From Synechococcus sp. (GTDB lineage Bacteria > Cyanobacteriota > Cyanobacteriia > PCC-6307 > Cyanobiaceae), in NCBI GenBank assembly GCA_047285805.1, contig JBJBCN010000002.1:480001-544000 (forward strand): a stretch of 64,000 nucleotides of DNA. Direction: 5' to 3'. Of this stretch, positions 1 to 8,790 are shown piece after piece. Both the position numbers and the translations under genes were made by a program. Below the pieces are notes generated by a model. That model saw nothing but the letters and a program-made list of their open reading frames with translations, did no database searches and had not been told where the DNA came from. How positions within the stretch are numbered: the stretch's first letter is position 1; the number at the start of each line of letters is the position of its first letter.

Positions 1-462
1 TTGAACCAGCAGCAGCGCGAAGTAGAGACGAGTCTTCTTCTGAATATTCCAACTCGCTGCAACGGAGAGCAGCGTGACCAACCCGGAGAGCACCACAAGC
101 GGGGCCGACAGCCCATCGGTGGCGAGGGACCACTCCAGTCCAATGACAGGGACCCAGGCGAAACGCTCAACCAGCTGGAGGCCCGCAATCGCACCGTCGT
201 AATGCTGGCTGTAGACGTAAAGCATCAAGCCCAGGTCCGCCAGCAGGGTGACCAGGGCGACGGTCCTGGGCAGCTTGGGGTCGGTGCCGTCTCCGGGGAG
301 GAGCATCACCAGCGGAGCGATCGCAATTGGCAGCAGGGCGATCAGGCTCAGCCAGGGAAACGTGATCGGCGCCGCCAGGGTGCCGTTGGTCAAGGCGGAG
401 TCGCCAAATGCGGAGCCGGGGATCGCTGCAGACGCGGCCAGCAGGGGCAGATTGGCGTCCAT
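1..462 (-). CDS. ndhD: NAD(P)H-quinone oxidoreductase subunit 4 (NdhD), 5' part; runs off the window start
   Basis: Not in the ORF track. Manual translation from ATG 462 gives MDANLPLL...FPWLSLIALLP...LQLVERFAWVPVIGLEWSLATDGLSAPLVVLSGLVTLLSVAASWNIQKKTRLYFALLLVQ, a typical NdhD/NuoM N-terminus. Confidence 0.9.
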   Translation of the reverse strand, partial: MDANLPLLAASAAIPGSAFGDSALTNGTLAAPITFPWLSLIALLPIAIAPLVMLLPGDGTDPKLPRTVALVTLLADLGLMLYVYSQHYDGAIAGLQLVERFAWVPVIGLEWSLATDGLSAPLVVLSGLVTLLSVAASWNIQKKTRLYFALLLVQ

Positions 463-615
463 CGCGTGCACGGCTTTTGGATGTCTTGGGGCTATCCCGT
501 ATATGGGTCTAGCCCTCGAGGGGCTCAACCCTGCACCTACGGGACCGGCCGACTAGAGATAAAATCTACCAGCGAGACTGACCTGTCCTAGGCATTTTTA
601 CTCATGCGAGGAGGT

Positions 616-1560
616 TTAGATGGGCAGTTGATCCCAGCGGCTGCCGCCCTGGTGTAGTTGCAGCACTTGGGAGCGCGAGGCCACGCCAGCCCCCTCCCAG
701 GCGCGGACCATCGTCTTGCTCACAGCGACGGCCGAGTCCTCGGTGCACAGGGCCAAGATGCTTGGCCCGGCGCCGCTGATCACGCATCCCCAGGCCCCGG
801 AGCCCATGGCCGCATCGCGAACCTCTTTGCCCCCTTGGATCAGTCCCCAGCGATAGGGCTCGTGGATCCGGTCATGCATGCCATCCGCAATCAGGTCACC
901 GTTTCCGGTGCGCAGGCCCTGCAAGAGCAGTGTCAGGCAACCCAAGTTGGTGACCGCATCGGGAATGGAGATGGCCTTGGGCATCACCCGCCGGGCCTCG
1001 CTGGTTGAGAGGCGAATCGCGGGAATCGCTACCACCACCATCACCTTCGGGTCCCACTCGCAGCGCACTACCCGCCAGCGGTGGGAGGCCGCGCGCGCTG
1101 TCAGACACAGTCCGCCGAGGAGTGAAGGCACCACGTTGTCGGGGTGGCCTTCAATGTCAATCGCCAGTTCCAGCAACTTCTCGCGGCTCAGCTTCTCGCC
1201 AATCAGGGCATTGGCGCCCATCAAGCCGGCGACGATCGCGGTGGCGCTGCTGCCCAATCCCCGCGCTGGGGGAACGGCCAGCCGGACTCGGGCCTCGATC
1301 GCGATGGGCTCTTCTCCCGCCTCTTTCCAAACCCGCTGCGCGGCTCGATAGACGAGGTTGTCGGGGCCTCCGCGCAAGTGGGATCCCTCACTGCCTTCGA
1401 TCACCAATTCGAAGCGCTCGCTTCCCCCTTCGATGCAGCGCATCTCGAAGCGGTTATTCAGATCGAGGGCTGCTCCAAGGCAATCAAAGCCGGGACCCAA
1501 GTTGGCTGTTGTGGCGGGGACATCCACCACAACCCCCTGTCCGATGCGGGGGCGGGCCAT
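616..1560 (-). CDS. thrB: homoserine kinase
   Basis: VPATTANLGPGFD, GHMP motif PPARGLGSSA, EGHPDNV, ISGAGP. Confidence 0.96.
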   Translation of the reverse strand: MARPRIGQGVVVDVPATTANLGPGFDCLGAALDLNNRFEMRCIEGGSERFELVIEGSEGSHLRGGPDNLVYRAAQRVWKEAGEEPIAIEARVRLAVPPARGLGSSATAIVAGLMGANALIGEKLSREKLLELAIDIEGHPDNVVPSLLGGLCLTARAASHRWRVVRCEWDPKVMVVVAIPAIRLSTSEARRVMPKAISIPDAVTNLGCLTLLLQGLRTGNGDLIADGMHDRIHEPYRWGLIQGGKEVRDAAMGSGAWGCVISGAGPSILALCTEDSAVAVSKTMVRAWEGAGVASRSQVLQLHQGGSRWDQLPI

Positions 1561-1591
1561 GCGCTCTGTTCTGCTGGGCTCAGTGTCCCAC

Positions 1592-2596
1592 TCAGGGGTT
1601 CAGGAGACGGGCTCTGCAGGCGGCACTGAACAGGCCCGTCTCTGCATCGATCAAGGCATGGACTGGGATTTGTTCCACTACAGGGCTCAGTCTTCCTTTG
1701 TTGAGGAAGGGGCCAAGGAAGCGTTCTGACTGCAGCTCCTTCAGCAACTTCCCTGCGGTTCCGCCCCCCACCCAGAGGCCGCCGTAGCAGAGGCTTTGCA
1801 GAGCAAGATCCCCCGCGGCGCTGCCATAGGCCGCGAGCCAGAGATCCAGGGCTGCACGGGCTAGGGGGTCACCGGAGGTGGCTGCTGCTGCCGTCGCGGC
1901 TGGCAGTTCTGTAAACGGGGTGCCCATCAGGGCGTGGTTTTGTCCATCGGGATGGCTGGCCAAGCGCCAGCGCATGACGTCCCCTAGGCCCGTGCCGCTG
2001 ACCACCCGCTCGATCGACAGACGTGGCAGCCCCAACTCCTGAATCAGCCAGGTTTTGAGTTGCCACTGCTCCTCCGTGCAGGGGGCGAACTCGGCATGGG
2101 AAGCCTCGCTGGCCATGGCATTAAGACCCGAGTCTGTTGGGACGCCGATGGCGACCCCCAGTCCAGTCCCGGCGCCGAGGATGGCGATTGGGGCATTTGG
2201 ATCGGGACAGCCGCCAGCGGCGGCCCGCAGGGTCGTGTGTTGCTCGGGCTGGAGATGCGGCAGCCCGTAGATCAAGACCGCAAAGTCATTGATCAGTTCG
2301 ACGGCCTTCAGCTGGCAGGCCTGCGCCAAATGCTGCTCCTCGAGCAACCAGGGCAGGTTGGTGAGTTTCACGCGTCCCTGCCGCACCGGACCGGCAATGG
2401 CAAAACAGGCCCGCTCGGGACGGGGTAGGCCCGAGGCTTCACCGCCCAGGAAGTTGTTCACCAGAGCCGAAAAGTCAGGCCATTCGGCCGACACGTAGCG
2501 GTGAGTGGCGCACCGCACGAGCGCCGGACCCTCGATGCGGTACAGACCAAGCAGGGTCTTCGTGCCGCCTATATCGCCGGCGAGGAGCGTGGTCAT
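1592..2596 (-). CDS. glk: glucokinase
   Basis: LLAGDIGGTKT, FAIAGPV, LTNLPW, LINDF, GAGTGLG, ERVVSGTGL. Confidence 0.95.
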   Translation of the reverse strand: MTTLLAGDIGGTKTLLGLYRIEGPALVRCATHRYVSAEWPDFSALVNNFLGGEASGLPRPERACFAIAGPVRQGRVKLTNLPWLLEEQHLAQACQLKAVELINDFAVLIYGLPHLQPEQHTTLRAAAGGCPDPNAPIAILGAGTGLGVAIGVPTDSGLNAMASEASHAEFAPCTEEQWQLKTWLIQELGLPRLSIERVVSGTGLGDVMRWRLASHPDGQNHALMGTPFTELPAATAAAATSGDPLARAALDLWLAAYGSAAGDLALQSLCYGGLWVGGGTAGKLLKELQSERFLGPFLNKGRLSPVVEQIPVHALIDAETGLFSAACRARLLNP

Positions 2597-2602
2597 CGGG
2601 GA

Positions 2603-4435
2603 TCAGTAGGGGCTGACCTTGAGCCCCGCTACCCGATCTTGATTCGCCGCTGCGGCTGTGGCCATGAGGGTGTCCAATGGGATGCTGCCGAGGTCGCCAT
2701 GCCGGCGGCTGCGCAGGCTGATGCTGCCACCCTCAGCTTCCTTGGCACCGATTACGCCGAGGACGGGGATCTTCATTCGCTCGCCGTTGCGAATCAGCTT
2801 GCCCAGGCGATCACCGGAGTGATCGACGCTGGCGCGGACACCGGCTGCCTTGAGGGCTGTAGCAACGGACTCGGCGTAGTCGCGCACCTCATCGGTCACC
2901 GGCAACAGACGGATCTGTTCGGGAGCGAGCCAAAAGGGGAAATCCCCGGCGTAGTTCTCGGTCATGATCCCGAAGAACCTCTCCAGCGAGCCGAAGATGG
3001 CGCGGTGAATCATGATGGGCCGCTGCCTTGAACCGTCGGCGGCGACGTAGTCCAGGTTGAATCGCTCCGGCAGGTTGAAGTCCAGCTGGATCGTGGAGCA
3101 CTGCCACATCCGGCCGATGGCGTCCTCGATCTTGAGGTCAATCTTCGGCCCGTAGAACGCACCGCCGCCCTCGTCGATCTTGTAAGACCAGCCCTTGCGA
3201 TCGAGTGCTTCGATCAAGCCCTGGGTCGCTAGATCCCAGACCGCGTCCTCACCGATTGATTTCTCAGGACGGGTTGAGAGGTTGATCTCGTAATTCCGGA
3301 AATCGAAGGTCGAGAGGATCTCTTCGGTCAGGTTCAAGATCGCCAGGATCTCGTCGCTGATCTGTTCAGGGAGGCAGAAGACGTGGGCGTCGTCCTGGGT
3401 GAAGCCGCGGACGCGCATCAGGCCATGCATCACGCCGGGCCGCTCGTAGCGATAGACCGTTCCCAGCTCGGCCCAGCGGATCGGAAGCTCGCGATAGCTA
3501 CGCAGGGTGCTGGCGTAGGTCAACACATGGAAGGGACAGTTCATCGGCTTGAGCTGGTATTCCCGCTCATCCACCTGCATGGGGCCAAACATCGACTCGC
3601 TGTAGAAGTCGAGGTGCCCAGAGGTCTTCCAGAGGCTGATGTCAGCCACATGGGGGGTGTAAAGAAGCTCGTAACCGGCGTTGAAGTGCAGCTCGCGCCA
3701 GAGGTTCTCAATTAGAAGGCGCATGCGGGCGCCACGGGGGTGCCAGAACACCAAGCCCGCGCCGGCTTCGTCCTCGATGGAGAACAAATTGAGGTCGGTG
3801 CCGATCCGGCGGTGATCGCGGCGCTTGGCCTCTTCTTGCCGTCGCTTGTACTCAGCAAGCTGCTCCGCGGTCTCCCAGGCGGTGCCGTAGATGCGTTGCA
3901 GCTGGGGGTTGTTCTCGTCCCCGCGCCAATAGGCACCAGCAACGCTTTCAAGGTCAAAAGCCTTGGCGTTGAGCTCTTTGGTGTTGCTGACGTGGGGGCC
4001 GGCGCAGAGGTCCCACCACTCCTCTCCGAGTGTGTAAAGGGTGATGGGTTCTTGGATGCCCGCCAGGATTGCGAGTTTGTAGGGCTCGTTCTGGGCCTTG
4101 ATCTTTTGTTCGGCCTCGGCGCGGCTCACCTCAAGGCGTTCCAGTGGAAGCTTCTTGTTGATGAGCTTGATCATTTCCTTCTTGATGGCCTTGAGGTCGG
4201 CCTCGGTAAAGGGATCGGGATTATCGAAGTCGTAATAGAAGCCATTTTCCGTCCAAGGACCGATGGTCACCTGGGCCTCCGGAAACAACCGCTGCACCGC
4301 CATGGCCATCACGTGGCTCATGGAGTGACGAATGCGCAAAAGCTGTTCGCTCTCGCTGGTCTTGGGCAGATGCACCGTCACCACGTCCTGCCCTGCGTCA
4401 CTTGCTGCAGGCTCGGCAGTTCGGGTCGCGGTCAC
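2603..4435 (-). CDS. thrS: threonine--tRNA ligase
   Basis: IRHSMSHVMA, DLCAGPH, LKPMNCPFH, AFYGPKID, QLDFNLPERF, HRAIFGSLERF. Confidence 0.98.
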   Translation of the reverse strand: MTATRTAEPAASDAGQDVVTVHLPKTSESEQLLRIRHSMSHVMAMAVQRLFPEAQVTIGPWTENGFYYDFDNPDPFTEADLKAIKKEMIKLINKKLPLERLEVSRAEAEQKIKAQNEPYKLAILAGIQEPITLYTLGEEWWDLCAGPHVSNTKELNAKAFDLESVAGAYWRGDENNPQLQRIYGTAWETAEQLAEYKRRQEEAKRRDHRRIGTDLNLFSIEDEAGAGLVFWHPRGARMRLLIENLWRELHFNAGYELLYTPHVADISLWKTSGHLDFYSESMFGPMQVDEREYQLKPMNCPFHVLTYASTLRSYRELPIRWAELGTVYRYERPGVMHGLMRVRGFTQDDAHVFCLPEQISDEILAILNLTEEILSTFDFRNYEINLSTRPEKSIGEDAVWDLATQGLIEALDRKGWSYKIDEGGGAFYGPKIDLKIEDAIGRMWQCSTIQLDFNLPERFNLDYVAADGSRQRPIMIHRAIFGSLERFFGIMTENYAGDFPFWLAPEQIRLLPVTDEVRDYAESVATALKAAGVRASVDHSGDRLGKLIRNGERMKIPVLGVIGAKEAEGGSISLRSRRHGDLGSIPLDTLMATAAAANQDRVAGLKVSPY

Positions 4436-4491
4436 GGCGGCGGGATAGCAACCCTGATCCTACGCAGCTCAATTCAGACCATAACTAGTGT

Positions 4492-4860
4492 GTGATCGTG
4501 AACGAGCCTCAAGAACCCCAGACTGAGTCAGCTGAACTGCTCGACCATTTGCTCGAGTCACTCCTCGCTGACTTTCTCTACTGGTTCAAGCGTGGTCTCC
4601 TCCTCTTGGATCATGCCCCAGAGCAGCTGGTGCCCGCCCAGGAGCAGCGAGTGCTTCGGGCTTCGTTGCACGAAGCGCTGCAGGCGATTGCGGCCACCCA
4701 GGCCCTGCGGGCCGCCTGCTCGACGCCCATGGCGGTGGACATGGATGCCATGACCCCTTGGCACCGTTTGATGATGCGGGTTTGGAGTCTCTCCGCGATG
4801 TTGCGGGTGGCGGGGGTGCCCCTGCCGGAGAAGGATCGTCCTGACCCCACTCAGGCCTGA
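4492..4860 (+). CDS. conserved cyanobacterial protein (DUF2605-like)
   Basis: LLESLLADFLYWF...M.PWHRLMMRVW pattern; fills the gap between thrS and the lysozyme gene. Confidence 0.7.
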   Translation: MIVNEPQEPQTESAELLDHLLESLLADFLYWFKRGLLLLDHAPEQLVPAQEQRVLRASLHEALQAIAATQALRAACSTPMAVDMDAMTPWHRLMMRVWSLSAMLRVAGVPLPEKDRPDPTQA

Positions 4861-5522
4861 GCCCAGCGGCTTCGCTTCAGCTGCTTGAGGTTGTCCTCGT
4901 AGAAGTTGGCGAGCTCGTTGGCTTTCTTCACCGGCTGCCCGTAGGCGCTAAGGCCGTTATGGCTGGGGAAGGAGGCCCACTCCTTGGACAGAACTGCCAT
5001 CACGTTGCGGGTCAGGCCATGGCGGTCCAGTTGATCGAGTACGCCACGGCGATCAATCAGATATAGAGCGGCCTGGTCTTGGTTATGGGGCTTGAAGCTT
5101 CGGAGGCTCAGTTTGCTCGCCGCTTCCTTCCAGGTGCCAGGCAAAAACTGGTATGCGCCGGCGGCAGCGCTGGCGTAGCGCTTCACCACGACAACATCAG
5201 GGTGCTTAGCCAGGCTGCTAAAACGTCCACCGCCGTAGAGGGTGCGATAGCCGTGGTGGCCTTGCTTCCAGGTGCCTTCGGCATAGCGGATCGTGTTGAG
5301 CAGTGCCCGCCGTTTGGGCGTGATCGCATACAGCTCACCCGCATCGCTTTTTCTTGAAGCCGCCACGACGTGCTCGATGGACTGATCCACTTCGCTCCCT
5401 ATGGAAGGGGCGACAAAGGGACCGGCGGCCAGCAGTAGCAGGCCCAGTGAGCAGGCCGGAGCGGCCGCACGGCTGGGCTTGAGGGAGCGCTCGAGCAAAT
5501 GACGAATTGGCAAGCGGCACAA
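4851..5522 (-). CDS. lambda-type lysozyme/muramidase (GH104/GH24-like) with N-terminal signal-like segment
   Basis: ALLNTIRYAEGT, GYRTLYGG, SAAAGAYQFLPGTW, QDQAALYL, EWASFP; TTG start uncertain. Confidence 0.88.
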   Translation of the reverse strand: MCRLPIRHLLERSLKPSRAAAPACSLGLLLLAAGPFVAPSIGSEVDQSIEHVVAASRKSDAGELYAITPKRRALLNTIRYAEGTWKQGHHGYRTLYGGGRFSSLAKHPDVVVVKRYASAAAGAYQFLPGTWKEAASKLSLRSFKPHNQDQAALYLIDRRGVLDQLDRHGLTRNVMAVLSKEWASFPSHNGLSAYGQPVKKANELANFYEDNLKQLKRSRWAQA

Positions 5523-5681
5523 TGTCGCAGTTCAAAGAGGCTGCTGGTAGATCGAGTCCCAGGGTGAGACTTCTCCGCCGAACTGGACAGGCGGCCGCTT
5601 GTTATGCATTAGCGGTTTTTGGGCTTGAGACAGGGATTTGGGCTGGCTCCCTTCAGAGTTGCGGCGCCGAAGGATTAGCCA
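5523..5681 (-). promoter_or_regulatory. candidate structured 5' leader RNA (four hairpins plus possible pseudoknot) of the lysozyme gene
   Basis: Inverted repeats at 5644-5681, 5595-5615, 5575-5594 and 5555-5571; loop 5580-5589 is complementary to 5523-5533. Confidence 0.45.
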
Positions 5682-5722
5682 CCTTTATCTTTCCTTTGGC
5701 TTTCGATTAAAGGCTTCGGGTT

Positions 5723-6751
5723 TTAGCTGGCCCTGAGTAAGCCCAGGGCCTCCCGGGTGCGCTCCAAGGTCTCCTCCGCAACGGCATTCGCCCGTTCACT
5801 GCCCGCCTTGAGGACGCGGTCGAGTTCGGCGGGGTCAGAGCCCAAGGTGTTGTAGCGCTCCTGAATCGGCCTGAGTGCCTCCACGAGGGTCTCGGCGAGG
5901 AGGGGTTTGAACGTGCCCCAACCCATGTCGGCGCATTCGGCGGCAGCGGCCTCACGGCCTTTGCCGCTGAGCATGGCGTAGAGACTGAGCAGGTTGTCGG
6001 TCTCAGGACGGTCGGGGTTGCCGAATTCCAGTCCCATCACGGGGTCCGTTTTGGCGCGCTTCACCTTCTTGGTGATGAGCTCCGGAGGATCCAGCAGGTT
6101 CACCCGAGATCCTTCATTCGGGTCGCTCTTGCTCATCTTGATGCGGCCGTCGGTGAGGCTCATCACCCGGGCCCCTTCCTTGAGGATCAAGGGTTCGGGG
6201 ACCTTCAGGACGGGGATGGGCTCCCCGTCGCCATTCCGCGGCGCGAACCGCGCATTGATGCGCTGTTGGGCGATGTCGCGGGCCAGCTCCAGGTGCTGCT
6301 TCTGGTCCTCGCCAACCGGAACCAGGTCCGCGTCATAGAGAAGTATGTCTGCCGCCATCAAGACGGGGTAATCGAGTAGGCCTACGGAGACCTGGTCCCC
6401 TTGCTTGACGGCCTTTTCCTTGAACTGGATCATCCGCTCCAGCCAGTTCAGCGGTGTCACGCAGTTCAGCAGCCAGCAGAGCTCGCTGTGGGCGGACACG
6501 TGGCTCTGAACGAAGACCGTGGCTTTGTCGGGGTCAATCCCGCAGGCGAGGTAGAGCGCAGCGGTGTTGCGGGTGTCCCGGGCCAGGGCCGCCGCGTCGT
6601 GCGGGACCGTGATCGCGTGTAGGTCCACCACACATAAGAACGTGTCATGGCTCTGTTGGAGGCCGACCCAGTTGCGGATCGCCCCTAGCCAGTTGCCCAA
6701 ATGCAAGGCGCCAGTGGGCTGAACTCCGGACAGGACCCTGGCGCGTTGCAT
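5723..6751 (-). CDS. trpS: tryptophan--tRNA ligase
   Basis: SGVQPTGALHLGNWLGA (HIGH), VPVGEDQKQHLE, KMSKS; start placed at ATG 6751. Confidence 0.97.
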   Translation of the reverse strand: MQRARVLSGVQPTGALHLGNWLGAIRNWVGLQQSHDTFLCVVDLHAITVPHDAAALARDTRNTAALYLACGIDPDKATVFVQSHVSAHSELCWLLNCVTPLNWLERMIQFKEKAVKQGDQVSVGLLDYPVLMAADILLYDADLVPVGEDQKQHLELARDIAQQRINARFAPRNGDGEPIPVLKVPEPLILKEGARVMSLTDGRIKMSKSDPNEGSRVNLLDPPELITKKVKRAKTDPVMGLEFGNPDRPETDNLLSLYAMLSGKGREAAAAECADMGWGTFKPLLAETLVEALRPIQERYNTLGSDPAELDRVLKAGSERANAVAEETLERTREALGLLRAS

Positions 6752-6812
6752 AGGAGCTAGCGAGATGTTCGCCGGATTCTGCCTGGGGGCAGGACCCGGC
6801 AGCTGCTGTCGA

Positions 6813-7265
6813 TCAGGCCTCAGTGGTTTCGCTGGTTTCCACGCTCTCCGCAGCGGTGTCCCCGGCTGCTTCAGCAGGTGCGGGCTCGTCGCTCGCCGGT
6901 GCCTCTTCAGCCACGGCAGCGGCGGGCTTGGCTGGGCGGGCAAAGGGGTTGGGGCGATTTCCAGGGCGCTCGCCGCGACCGCCGCCACGACGGTCGCCCC
7001 GCTCACTGCGGCCTCGGGAGCCAGCGCTGGCCTTCTGTTGAGCCACGATGTCGTCGATGCGGCCCTCCTCGATCAACTGGGCCACGGTGCGCAGGGACAG
7101 GCCAAGGGCGGCCACTGTGGAGCGGACGCCAAAGGCCTCCTGCACGGCGCGGGCGGCGCGCATTTCGTTATCGCTCAGGCGAATGCGGAATCCACCCCCT
7201 TCACGAGGACCGCGGTTGTCGCGGGACTGTTCGCCCGAATTCCGCTGGAAATCACCGTCGGCCAT
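6813..7265 (-). CDS. conserved hypothetical protein
   Basis: GGFRIRLSDNEMRAARAVQEAFG.RSTVAALG core with a low-complexity tail; co-oriented with neighbours. Confidence 0.75.
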   Translation of the reverse strand: MADGDFQRNSGEQSRDNRGPREGGGFRIRLSDNEMRAARAVQEAFGVRSTVAALGLSLRTVAQLIEEGRIDDIVAQQKASAGSRGRSERGDRRGGGRGERPGNRPNPFARPAKPAAAVAEEAPASDEPAPAEAAGDTAAESVETSETTEA

Positions 7266-7284
7266 GGCCGCACACCTGAAGAAG

Positions 7285-7797
7285 TCAGCGGCAAGTGTGC
7301 CTTACGGACAGGGAGGCGGGCCAGTGCCAGATCAAGCGATGTTCTTCTGGGCTGCCGTCGCGGGCTAAGACCAGAACGGGCAGGGGATTTGGCCCTGCTG
7401 ACTCAATGCGGCTTCGGTAACGCGAGAACAGGTCGAGGTAGGCCTGAAGCGTCCAGCCGTTGCACCCTTGGTCTTGGGCGGCCCAGAAGCGTTGGAGCGC
7501 TTCGGAGCAGGCTGCTTTCCCGAAGTCTTCCCAGCACTGTTCCTCGGCCTCACCGCTTGAAAAGCCCGCTCGGATCAGGTTCCGAAAGTGAATTAACTCC
7601 GGAGCTTCCCCGCTGTTGTCGGGGGGCAGTACCGCGCTGAGCTTGCTGATCGGAATGATCCGCAGTCGCAACCAGCAGCGCTCCAGCAGGGCGATGGGCC
7701 GATCACCATCCCAGCGATTGATCAGCTGTTGGCGGGCGCTGAGATCCGCCAGTAGATCCTGTTGATGGGGGGTGAGCCAGTCCCTGAGCTCAGCCAT
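7285..7797 (-). CDS. conserved hypothetical protein
   Basis: ATG 7797 overlaps the CDF gene stop (MAELRDWL...LLERCWLRL...CWEDFG); operon-like spacing. Confidence 0.7.
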   Translation of the reverse strand: MAELRDWLTPHQQDLLADLSARQQLINRWDGDRPIALLERCWLRLRIIPISKLSAVLPPDNSGEAPELIHFRNLIRAGFSSGEAEEQCWEDFGKAACSEALQRFWAAQDQGCNGWTLQAYLDLFSRYRSRIESAGPNPLPVLVLARDGSPEEHRLIWHWPASLSVRHTCR

Positions 7798-8719
7798 GGG
7801 TCCCCTGGAAGGTGATGGTCGATTCGGCGTACTCCCGAGGTTCCAGGTGAATCGTGCAGCGGACCGGACCAAAGCGGCGCTCGAGATGGTCTTCGACGAG
7901 CTCGGTGATGCGGTGGGCTTTCGGGAGGTCATCGGCATCGACCACCATGTGCAGCTCGATGAAGACTCGTTGACCGAGCACGCCGCGGCTTGCGATGTCG
8001 TGGACGTTGAGAACTCCCGGAACATCCATAGCCGTCTCATGGATGGATTCAGGTGCGATGGCGATTTGATCCACCAGCCAGGGAAGGTTGGTCCTAAGGA
8101 GCTGCCAGCAGACTCTGATCAACAGCAGACAGAGCGGAATCGCCATCGCCACATCCAGCCAGTTCTGTTTGAACAGCACGACTCCGCAGAGGCCCACCAA
8201 AACGACAACCGTCGTCCAGATGTCGCTGGTGGTGTGTTGGGAATCGGCCATCAGGAGCTGATTCCCAAGGCGTTTGCCCTCGCTTCGCTCGTAGCCGGCG
8301 AGCAGCAGGTTGCAGCCCAGAACAATCGAGAGCATGACGAGCTCTTGGCTATCTAGGCGAATGGGTTGCAGTCCCGAGGCGATTCGCTCAAGGGCCGTTC
8401 GCAAGATCTCGAAAGCGGTCAAACAAATGAAGCCAGCAATGGCCAGCGCGCCAATCGCTTCGTATTTGTCATGGCCGTAGGGGTGGTCACGGTCAGGCTT
8501 CGGGTCAGAGAGCCGATTGGTGATCAGTCCCAACAGGCTGGAAAGGCCATCGGTGGCGCTGTGCATGGCATCGGCCAGCAGCGTCAGCGATCCGCTGAGC
8601 AGGCCAATGGTCAACTTCAGCAGGGACATGCCGACGTTGACCCCAAGGGCCACCAGCAGCACCCGCTGCACCTCGGATCGGCGGTCTTCGCGCTCACTAT
8701 TCTGGCCGGCAAGACCCAT
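7790..8719 (-). CDS. cation diffusion facilitator family transporter
   Basis: LLADAMHSATD, PDRDHPYGHDKYE, ADSQHTTSD, IHLEP; start may be 8767. Confidence 0.92.
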   Translation of the reverse strand: MGLAGQNSEREDRRSEVQRVLLVALGVNVGMSLLKLTIGLLSGSLTLLADAMHSATDGLSSLLGLITNRLSDPKPDRDHPYGHDKYEAIGALAIAGFICLTAFEILRTALERIASGLQPIRLDSQELVMLSIVLGCNLLLAGYERSEGKRLGNQLLMADSQHTTSDIWTTVVVLVGLCGVVLFKQNWLDVAMAIPLCLLLIRVCWQLLRTNLPWLVDQIAIAPESIHETAMDVPGVLNVHDIASRGVLGQRVFIELHMVVDADDLPKAHRITELVEDHLERRFGPVRCTIHLEPREYAESTITFQGTHG

Positions 8720-8790
8720 GGTCCCGGAGGCTGTCTGAGGTCCTTCCACGCTATTGGGTCTGGGCATGGGTTAATAGCTGAGCTAAAGAA

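Noticed and set aside
1..591. 196-aa plus-strand ORF
   Set aside because: Antisense shadow of ndhD, which is clearly recognisable on the minus strand.
5555..5595. Resemblance of plus-strand AGGGTGAGACTTCTCCGCCGAACTGGACAG to the 3' part of the c-di-AMP (ydaO) riboswitch
   Set aside because: Wrong orientation relative to the lysozyme gene, and the GGGG-GAAUC and CAGCUAAC core motifs are missing.
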